Positions 26,443 to 33,580 of a stretch of DNA of 35,785 nt are shown piece after piece. Under the pieces are notes generated by a model. The model was not told the origin of the DNA. It saw only the letters and a program-made list of their open reading frames with translations, and searched no databases. The translations under genes were made by a program, and so were the position numbers. Source of the stretch: Candidatus Altiarchaeota archaeon. GTDB taxonomy: Archaea; Altiarchaeota; Altiarchaeia; IMC4; SCGC-AAA252-I15. The stretch's first letter is position 1. Each line of letters starts with the position of its first letter. The stretch lies in the NCBI GenBank assembly GCA_043800705.1, contig JAZDMS010000009.1, forward strand, positions 1 through 35,785, read 5' to 3'.

Positions 26443-27006
26443 CTATGGCCAGAGGCTTACCCTCATGTCGGTCATGACGTCTGGCGTCGTGAACTCGATG
26501 ATGGTCGCCTGTCCTACGCGGGGGACTACTTTCAGCCTGACTTGGGCGTTCTCTGTGATGTTGTTCGTCGAAGCAAAGTTGACCTTTATTACGTCTCCCC
26601 TGCTCAGGTAGCCTGGCTCGTAGTCCGGACCCTGTTTGACGTAGGCGACGCCGTAGTTGATGGTCGTGTAGGCCGTGCTGCCGGAGAAGTCCATGTTCTG
26701 CGAGGTCGTGGACGTGTCCATGATGAGTACCGTGTTGTTCAGGTTCATGGACTCGCTGCCAGACTGCAGCCTTAGAAGCATCTCAAAGCTTTCAATGGTG
26801 TGTCCGCTCGTTGCGTCGGTCGCCATGACGGATACGGCTTCAGCGCCTGTTGAGACGCCTTCTTCAGCCTGTCCGCCCGTGACGAGCGCCCTTTGTTGTA
26901 AGCTGCCTGCCGTCGATATCAGCACTGCAGCCGCTACTGCCGCTACCAGGATCACTGCAATGAATATTATCAGTGTCCCGACTCCCATACTTCCTTTGTT
27001 TTTCAT
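26443..27006 (-). CDS. flaB: Archaellin (archaeal flagellin)
   Basis: Class III signal MKNKG|SMGVGTLIIFIAVILVAAVAAAVLISTAGSLQQRA; GSESMNL, L.RGD, F.TP. Start placed at ATG 27006. Confidence 0.93.
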   Translation of the reverse strand: MKNKGSMGVGTLIIFIAVILVAAVAAAVLISTAGSLQQRALVTGGQAEEGVSTGAEAVSVMATDATSGHTIESFEMLLRLQSGSESMNLNNTVLIMDTSTTSQNMDFSGSTAYTTINYGVAYVKQGPDYEPGYLSRGDVIKVNFASTNNITENAQVRLKVVPRVGQATIIEFTTPDVMTDMRVSLWP

Positions 27007-27216
27007 TTGTTTTTCACCTATTTTTGCCTTTGCCGTATTAGGTTTCCCCCCTAAAACAGACACTGGAGGCTTATTATAATTACCTATTTATCCTTCGTCC
27101 ATAAAAAGGGCATATTTACTGTTTGATCCGGTTTTTATCGGCTTTCAACTTTTGCGGGTATTCTGCCAACGTCAGATGGTCCGTCGCCCCGGCGGCCTTG
27201 ACTCCGATGTGCGCGG

Positions 27217-27414
27217 CTATGGGGCTGCATTAAGCGCCCATCTCTCGCAGTTTCGTATGCAGAGCTCCGGAAGTATCTCTGAGCTGAGTTCGAGGCCGAG
27301 CCTCATCCTCATCTTGCACATGCTCGTCGTATCGCACTCCAGCGGCTTGCCGTAGACCTCCTCATACATCCTGTCGCAGGCACGGATATGCCTCAAAACC
27401 GATTCGTCGTCCAT
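27217..27414 (-). CDS. 65-aa Cys-rich hypothetical protein
   Basis: Five Cys; starts 1 nt after the stop of the upstream 45-aa ORF; GGGAG upstream. Confidence 0.6.
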   Translation of the reverse strand: MDDESVLRHIRACDRMYEEVYGKPLECDTTSMCKMRMRLGLELSSEILPELCIRNCERWALNAAP

Positions 27415-27415
27415 T

Positions 27416-27553
27416 TTACGCCAACTCCCTTAAAAGGGCGGCGACTATCAGGAGGCAGAAGGCGCCTGCCATCTGCCCCACCTGAGCCGCCACAGACTCC
27501 TCGACTTCGGCCCTTACCATCCCCCCCACCATGTTCACATAAGCATCTTCCAT
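27416..27553 (-). CDS. 45-aa microprotein with C-terminal hydrophobic stretch (not in ORF track)
   Basis: SD GAGGTGA 5 nt before the ATG; MEDAYVNMVGGMVRAEVEESVAAQVGQMAGAFCLLIVAALLRELA. Confidence 0.6.
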   Translation of the reverse strand: MEDAYVNMVGGMVRAEVEESVAAQVGQMAGAFCLLIVAALLRELA

Positions 27554-27658
27554 GGCTGTCACCTCTTTCATGCCGGGTCATGGTGATACGGGCCCGCACA
27601 TCTCACAATCAACCATTGACCCGTCCATATTAAGAACAACAGCACACGTTAGGGCCAA

Positions 27659-27735
27659 AATAGGGTAACAGTAGTGGGAACCGATATTCGACGGTTTAAT
27701 AGGGTAACTAGTGGGAACCGATATCCAACGTCTTT
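27659..27735. repeat. Imperfect ~39-bp tandem duplication in a divergent promoter region
   Basis: AATAGGGTAACAGTAGTGGGAACCGATATTCGACGGTTT followed by AATAGGGTAACTAGTGGGAACCGATATCCAACGTCTTT. Confidence 0.85.
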
Positions 27736-27759
27736 AATGGGTCATGATAAATAGCTACT

Positions 27760-28416
27760 ATGTCCAAGCATTTGGCATTGTCCGCGTTGCTGGTCGCGTT
27801 ATCCCTGGCAGCCGGGGCTTTCCTCTACCCCCAGATGCCAGATTCCGTGGCCTCCCACTGGGGCGCAGGCGGAGCTGTCGACGGCTACATGCCGAAGGCC
27901 TGGGGGGTGTTCATGCTGCCTGCCATCACGGCCGTGCTACTTGTCTTATTCGCTGTCATCCCCGTCATCGACCCCCTTCGGGACAACATCGAGGCCTTCA
28001 GGGGTTACTTCGACAACTTCATACTCCTGTTTGCGTCGTTCATGACTGCGATTTACCTGCAGACACTCATTTGGAACCTCGGCTACAGGATAAATCCCAT
28101 GATCGTTATATCCGCCGGCCTATTCGCGCTCTTGTACTACACCGGCATCATGCTGGAGCACGCCAAGAGGAACTGGTCTATCGGCATCAGGACGCCGTGG
28201 ACTCTCTCAAGCGACGCGGTATGGGTGAAGACACACAAGGCAGGGGGCAGGCTGTTCAAGGTATGTGGCATCCTGGCGCTCGCAGGCGTATTCGCTCCGC
28301 AATTTGCGCTCATCCTTATACTGGCCCCCGTCCTGCTGACGGCGGCATACGCGACCGTATACTCATACATTGAATTCGGCAAGGAGCGGAAAAAATCGGG
28401 AGCCAAGCCTACGTGA
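27760..28416 (+). CDS. SdpI/DUF1648 family membrane protein
   Basis: YPQMPDSVASHWGAGGAVDGY, IPVIDP, KRNWSIGIRTPWTLSSDAVWVKTHK.GGRLF. Confidence 0.93.
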   Translation: MSKHLALSALLVALSLAAGAFLYPQMPDSVASHWGAGGAVDGYMPKAWGVFMLPAITAVLLVLFAVIPVIDPLRDNIEAFRGYFDNFILLFASFMTAIYLQTLIWNLGYRINPMIVISAGLFALLYYTGIMLEHAKRNWSIGIRTPWTLSSDAVWVKTHKAGGRLFKVCGILALAGVFAPQFALILILAPVLLTAAYATVYSYIEFGKERKKSGAKPT

Positions 28417-29905
28417 ACTTGTCGACGAGGCTCTTCAGAAGCAGGAGGCCTGGGTATATCTCGATCCTGCCGACCCACATCGCGAGTATGATGTTGAGCT
28501 TCCCGGCATCCGGCATATTGTACCACGCGTCGCCGGATATCACCGTCATGCCGCCGTTGCCCATGGCGGTCATCATAGTCGAGATGCTTTCTATGCCGGC
28601 GTAGCCGAGGAACATGAGCGCCATCGACATGCCCATGACTATGAACAGGTATACTGCGCTGTATCCTATGATGGTGATGATGTCGTCCCTCAGTATCTTA
28701 TGGTCCACCCTTATGAGGAGTATCGCGCTCTTCGGGAGTATGAGCTTCTTGAGGCTGTAGTGGACTGCCTTCAGCATGACGATAAACCTGATGACCTTGA
28801 TCCCCCCTGCAGTGCTCGAACTCATGCCTCCGACATACATTAGCCCTATCATCCAGATCTTGGCGAAATCGGGCCACTGCCCGAAGTCCATGGTGGAGAA
28901 TCCGCAGGTGCTCATGCCTGATACGACGAGGAACACCGTCTTCCTGCCCACGTCGAGCACTGACTCCGTGTCGAGCCCTGCGACCTCCTTGCCCCAGACC
29001 GAAGCCATGACGGCGATTATGGAGAAGACCAGTATCGCTGCGAAGTATTTCACCTCCTCGCTTTTAAGCGCCGAATACCCGCCGTTGAACAGGTGATAGT
29101 GTATCACATAACTGGTCATCCCAAGCAGCATGAGAACGACGAGGACGGCCTCTATTGGAAGGCTGTCGAAGTATGCGACGCTCGAATGGGTTCCGAGCCC
29201 GCCGGTCGACACGGCGGCCACCCCGTAGTTGAAGGCGTCGAATAACCCCATCCCCGCGATATAGAGCATCACGACCCCGAAGAGCATGTAGAGCGCGTAG
29301 ATCTTCCACGATTCCACGATGGTCTGCCTTATCCCGGGCTTGATCTTGTGTATCCCTATGTCGGAGTAGCCTATCGCCAGGCTCGAGCCCTGCAGCATCA
29401 CCATCATGCCGAGGGAAATCATCCCCAAGCCGCCCATCGCCTGAGATATGCCCCTGTAGGCCAACAGGTCGCGGTCGAAGCCGCCGTATTCCCTTATCAT
29501 GGAGAAGCTCGACGTTGTCCAGCCGCTCATGCTCTCGAAGAACGAGTCCACCGGACCGAAGGCTCCGCGGATGAGAAACGGCAGAGCACCGACGAGGGCG
29601 ATGATGGTCCAGGCCAGGACGACGGTCATCATTATGTTCTTCGTGTTGGGGACGGCAGAAAACCCCAGAACCCTGAACAGGCGATGCAGGACGTATAGGA
29701 TAAATGACGGGACGATAAAGGCCCAGGAACGCGAAGCGACGGCCGAGAGGCCTAGGCCCCACACGTCGTATATGGTTACCGCCAGGGGCAGGAGCATGAC
29801 GAGGCTCAGCACCCTGAGTATTGCGGAAAGATCCTTCAAGGACACCCTTATGTCTGCCAAGCTTATGGCATAAAAGCTGCTTTTCACCTTAGGAACTACT
29901 CCCAC
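28409..29905 (-). CDS. trkH: Trk potassium uptake membrane subunit
   Basis: FFESMSGWTT, AVSTGG, STCGF, GGMSSSTAGGIKVIR, MGNGG, MWVGRIEI. Confidence 0.95.
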   Translation of the reverse strand: MGVVPKVKSSFYAISLADIRVSLKDLSAILRVLSLVMLLPLAVTIYDVWGLGLSAVASRSWAFIVPSFILYVLHRLFRVLGFSAVPNTKNIMMTVVLAWTIIALVGALPFLIRGAFGPVDSFFESMSGWTTSSFSMIREYGGFDRDLLAYRGISQAMGGLGMISLGMMVMLQGSSLAIGYSDIGIHKIKPGIRQTIVESWKIYALYMLFGVVMLYIAGMGLFDAFNYGVAAVSTGGLGTHSSVAYFDSLPIEAVLVVLMLLGMTSYVIHYHLFNGGYSALKSEEVKYFAAILVFSIIAVMASVWGKEVAGLDTESVLDVGRKTVFLVVSGMSTCGFSTMDFGQWPDFAKIWMIGLMYVGGMSSSTAGGIKVIRFIVMLKAVHYSLKKLILPKSAILLIRVDHKILRDDIITIIGYSAVYLFIVMGMSMALMFLGYAGIESISTMMTAMGNGGMTVISGDAWYNMPDAGKLNIILAMWVGRIEIYPGLLLLKSLVDKFT

Positions 29906-30291
29906 ACGATCTTCTTCGCTATGTCCATGGCGGCTCTGTGTTCGGGAGCTATTATGTTCGTTATGCCCGCTTCGGTGAACATGGGTATGAAATCCGGCTC
30001 ATGGACCCTGGCGACGGCCTTCTTCCCCTTCTTAAGGGCCAGAAGGCAGACGAACAGGTTCAATTCGTCGTTGTTGGCTACGGCGACGACGGCGTCGACG
30101 TTGTCGAAGTCGGCGCGCTTGAGGATATATAGTTTGCTGCCGTCTCCTTCGATTACGTTGACGTGCTTCATCTCGTCCCTTATCCTGAAGCATTTGTCCG
30201 GATTCTTCTCTATGAGGGTTATTTCGTGCTCCGGCAGCGCCTGCGCTATGTGCCTGCCCATCGTGCCGCCGCCGACTATGAGAATGCGCAT
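29896..30291 (-). CDS. trkA: TrkA N-terminal (RCK_N/KTN) single-domain protein
   Basis: MRILIVGGGTMG, LIEKN, GDGS, D..N, ARV, PE; overlaps the trkH start. Confidence 0.9.
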   Translation of the reverse strand: MRILIVGGGTMGRHIAQALPEHEITLIEKNPDKCFRIRDEMKHVNVIEGDGSKLYILKRADFDNVDAVVAVANNDELNLFVCLLALKKGKKAVARVHEPDFIPMFTEAGITNIIAPEHRAAMDIAKKIVWE

Positions 30292-30334
30292 TTAAACCCT
30301 ACTCCAATAAGAATTAACCTCGGAGATATATAAG

Positions 30335-31129
30335 ATGCCATCGGTGGAATACGACATGGGAGACCTAAACCACCTCCTCGGAAAAAGGTACGAACCCGAC
30401 TACCTGAAGCAGGCGATACCCATGATGGGCGTCGACCTCGAACGCCTGGACGAGGAGAAGATTGTCCTCGAAGTCTTCCCTAACAGGCCGGACATGCTCA
30501 GCATCGAGGGTTTCGCAAGAGCCCTCAAGGGATTCCTCCAGATAGAATCGGGGTACAAGGCCTATGCGGCGGAGCCCTCCGGCGTGGAGGTCCTCATAGA
30601 TCCGTCCGTCGACGACGTGAGGCCGAACGTCGCGGCAGGCATAGTATCGGGGGTCGAAATGGACGATTACACCGTCAAGTCAATTATGGGGATGCAGGAG
30701 AAGCTGCACCTGACCCACGGCAGGAACAGGGCGAAGGTGGCGATCGGAGTGCATGACCTGGACAAGGTGAAGCCGCCGTTCACATACAAGGCCGTCGACC
30801 CGAAGTCGGCCACGTTCGTGCCATTGGACACAGATGAGCGGATGAGCCTCTACCAGATAATATTGAAGCACCCGAAGGGGAAGGACTACGCGTGGACGCT
30901 GGATGGGAAAAAGAAGTATCCCCTCTTCGTCGACTGCATGGGGGAGGTGCTGTCGTTTCCGCCGATAATCAACGGGGAGCTGACGAAGCTGACGGAATAC
31001 ACGAGGAACCTCTTCGTCGAGATGACTGGGACCAGCCAACAGGCCGTGGACACGGCGCTGAACATAATGGTCACATCACTCGCCGACAGGGGCGGCAAAA
31101 TCCAGACCGTCCAGATGAGGCGAAAATAG
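30335..31129 (+). CDS. pheT: Phenylalanyl-tRNA synthetase beta subunit, N-terminal half only (B1 + B3/4 editing domain)
   Basis: EVFPNRPDMLSIEGFARAL, QEKLH.THGRNR.KVAIGVHDL, FVPL, HPKG..Y, VLSFPPIINGELT, NLFVEMTG. Stops at 264 aa. Confidence 0.88.
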   Translation: MPSVEYDMGDLNHLLGKRYEPDYLKQAIPMMGVDLERLDEEKIVLEVFPNRPDMLSIEGFARALKGFLQIESGYKAYAAEPSGVEVLIDPSVDDVRPNVAAGIVSGVEMDDYTVKSIMGMQEKLHLTHGRNRAKVAIGVHDLDKVKPPFTYKAVDPKSATFVPLDTDERMSLYQIILKHPKGKDYAWTLDGKKKYPLFVDCMGEVLSFPPIINGELTKLTEYTRNLFVEMTGTSQQAVDTALNIMVTSLADRGGKIQTVQMRRK

Positions 31130-31189
31130 GGGGCATTTTTATACCCCCTCACAGAATATTGGATAGACAATCTTTTGAGGTGATTTTGT

Positions 31190-31366
31190 ATGCGTTATGT
31201 ATCAGCGGTCATCATTGCGATGTTCGCAGGGTTTATCGTGATGTACCTGCCGTCGAACGTGCAGCTGCCGGTCGCCTTAGCGATGATGATGTTGTCTATA
31301 TTCATCAACGAAGCCACGCTCCTGCACAGGATAGAAGAACTGGAAGGCAAGCTCCTGAAGAAATAA
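31190..31366 (+). CDS. 58-aa two-TM microprotein with short coiled-coil tail (not in ORF track)
   Basis: SD GAGGTGA upstream; MRYVSAVIIAMFAGFIVMYLPSNVQLPVALAMMMLSIFINEATLLHRIEELEGKLLKK. Confidence 0.75.
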   Translation: MRYVSAVIIAMFAGFIVMYLPSNVQLPVALAMMMLSIFINEATLLHRIEELEGKLLKK

Positions 31367-31509
31367 GGGCTCTCCATCCAGGGCCACGATCCTTTTTTCC
31401 CTAAGCATCAGCCTGGGCTATCCCGGCGGTTTTACGAAGATCCGGCTATAAAAGTTTTGGGAAGAAAAAGAAAGATTCCGGGGGAGCGCTCCTCCCCCAA
31501 ATGCTTGGA

Positions 31510-31884
31510 TTATGCGTATTTCTCCGCCATGTCGCCTATCATGGGCAGCTTGTACTTCTCGCCCTTGAAGGCCTTGTACATGAGGAATATCCACGCGCCG
31601 AACAAGCCGACCAGCAGGACCAGCGAAATCGGCAGCATGCACAGCGCCAGGATGCCGCCCGTGACCGCTGACAGGATTGTGCTGACTATCATCCATCCGA
31701 CCATGACTATCCACAAGCCGACCGCGAAGATCGTCGCCTGGACGGCGTGGAAGAGCACGAATTTGTTCCCCTTATCCTTGTACACCACATACAGCACGAT
31801 GCTCGACAGCGGGGCCAAAAAATACGCCAAAGCCGCCATGAGATTGTCGTCGCCTGCCTTTGTTGTTGCCTTAGTCTCAGCCAT
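31510..31884 (-). CDS. DUF4870 family membrane protein
   Basis: NLMAALAY..FVLFHAVQA..YKAFKGEKYKLPMIG; SD GAGGTG. Confidence 0.9.
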   Translation of the reverse strand: MAETKATTKAGDDNLMAALAYFLAPLSSIVLYVVYKDKGNKFVLFHAVQATIFAVGLWIVMVGWMIVSTILSAVTGGILALCMLPISLVLLVGLFGAWIFLMYKAFKGEKYKLPMIGDMAEKYA

Positions 31885-31974
31885 TTTTTTTATCACACCT
31901 CGATTAGATTAAGCGCATATCCCGGCCGCGGACGACGATATTCCTATTATCCGCGGACGCCGCAAAAACACGCC

Positions 31975-32445
31975 TTATAGTAATCGTCGGCGTCGTATAA
32001 AAACCATCCAATCCGACAGGATGCCGTCAAATACGGGGATCAGATAATACGGGACGACCGAACCAAATATAACTCCCGTAACCAGCCTGAGGGCGTTGTT
32101 GCTCTCCCTGAGGCCGACAAACTGGGTTGCGCCGTCCAATACCAGTGGCAAGGCGGCGGCGATGATTATATGCCTGCCGGGGACCTTTTTGTCGGATAGG
32201 ACGGCGTAAAGGATTGTCCCTGCGAGGATGCCTGCGTATATCCCGAAGCATCTGGCGCAGACTGGCGCCTGCACGCCCCAGAGGAAAAGGCTCCGCTCAG
32301 GAAGCTGATGGCAGAACGGGGAGAATACGGCCGCGGCAAACCCGCCGGCCCATCCCGTCCCGCAGGACACCATATACGGCGGGACTATGGTCAAGGAAAA
32401 GAAGAAAAGGGACAATATCAGGAAAATCGCATACGCTACCCTCAT
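31975..32445 (-). CDS. DUF2085 family membrane protein
   Basis: CHQLPERS..PVCARCFGIYAG..DGATQ..RESNN.LRLVTG. Confidence 0.92.
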   Translation of the reverse strand: MRVAYAIFLILSLFFFSLTIVPPYMVSCGTGWAGGFAAAVFSPFCHQLPERSLFLWGVQAPVCARCFGIYAGILAGTILYAVLSDKKVPGRHIIIAAALPLVLDGATQFVGLRESNNALRLVTGVIFGSVVPYYLIPVFDGILSDWMVFIRRRRLL

Positions 32446-32446
32446 A

Positions 32447-32929
32447 TCATTTCCTTGAGTATGCGACGTAAAGGACCCCCCCTAATGCGCCGAAAAACAC
32501 CGACAGGGTCAATGAAGTGACCGCGGCGAAGAACGAAGCGGCCGTGGAGCTTAATCCGGTCAACCCGAAGAGCCCCGGCTCAACGGTCGAGACGACCTTG
32601 GAGCTTATCATGTTCAGGAGCAGGCCGATGAGGAAGCCGAGGCCGTTCACGACGATTGCGTAGACCGCGCCGAATATCCCGCCTGCGGCGGCGCCGATCT
32701 TGTAATCCGGCTCCCCGACCTTCTTCCTAAACAGATAAGCCGCAGCCGCGCCTCCGCCTATTATCCACAGGCAGCAGACGGACAGAATGAACCTCATCGG
32801 CCTTGAAAACTCCCCCACACTCGGTACAATGACCGCGACTATCGACGGCAGGGCCTGCAAAATCCCCACCAGCATCCCGACAACCACGCCGACCATGGCT
32901 GCAGGCAATGCAACTGCCTTGTATTCCAT
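32447..32929 (-). CDS. Gly-rich 4-TM membrane protein with CCLW motif
   Basis: VCCLWIIGGG, GAAAGGIFG, FGALGGVLY; paralogous to 33008-33505. Confidence 0.8.
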   Translation of the reverse strand: MEYKAVALPAAMVGVVVGMLVGILQALPSIVAVIVPSVGEFSRPMRFILSVCCLWIIGGGAAAAYLFRKKVGEPDYKIGAAAGGIFGAVYAIVVNGLGFLIGLLLNMISSKVVSTVEPGLFGLTGLSSTAASFFAAVTSLTLSVFFGALGGVLYVAYSRK

Positions 32930-33007
32930 TCTACCCTAATATTATCGCGACGGCATTAAAAATCACCCGGCAATGGGGGCTGAACCGGACCGTTCCGGGT
33001 GGCATCA

Positions 33008-33505
33008 TCATATCCTGCCAAGCTTCGCCATCTTCTGGGAAGGCTTTGCGGGCTCTGAGGATTCTATCGATACGGCGTACAGCACCCCACCGAATGCGCC
33101 GAACACTATCCCTAAAAATATGTTCAAGAGGACTACGAGCGTGCTGCCTAGCATGCTGAATCCTAGCTTCAGCCCGAGGATGTCGAGGATACCGGTACCA
33201 GTCACACCGCGGACGGCGACCCCCCACCCCAGCAGGTTGAGGGGTATCCTCACTAAAAAGGTCGCGACATTCACGGTTATGCCGTAGACTATGCCGAATA
33301 TGGCCCCTACAAGGGCGGCCTCCACCGGCTCGATCGTGTTGTCCCTGCGGCAGGCAAGGTATGTCGCAGTGAATCCACCGAGGATTATCCAGAGGCAGCA
33401 GATGTTTGGGAACATGAGGACCGGGATAGAACTCATCACCCCCACAGCGACCCCTAGGATGGCGCATGAGATGAGGATGGTCCTCGTGTCAAATTCGCCC
33501 CTCAT
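33008..33505 (-). CDS. Gly-rich 4-TM membrane protein with CCLW motif (paralog)
   Basis: ICCLWIILGG, AALVGAIFG, FGAFGGVLY. Confidence 0.8.
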   Translation of the reverse strand: MRGEFDTRTILISCAILGVAVGVMSSIPVLMFPNICCLWIILGGFTATYLACRRDNTIEPVEAALVGAIFGIVYGITVNVATFLVRIPLNLLGWGVAVRGVTGTGILDILGLKLGFSMLGSTLVVLLNIFLGIVFGAFGGVLYAVSIESSEPAKPSQKMAKLGRI

Positions 33506-33580
33506 AGTACCTATCTATGTCGGCGCCGATTAAAAACCCTGGCATTTAACCTGCCATAAACAAATGATTAGACGGTCCAC

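Noticed and set aside
27393-27599. 68-aa ORF from the track
   Set aside because: A different frame (27416-27553) has a strong SD and abuts the next gene, so it is preferred.
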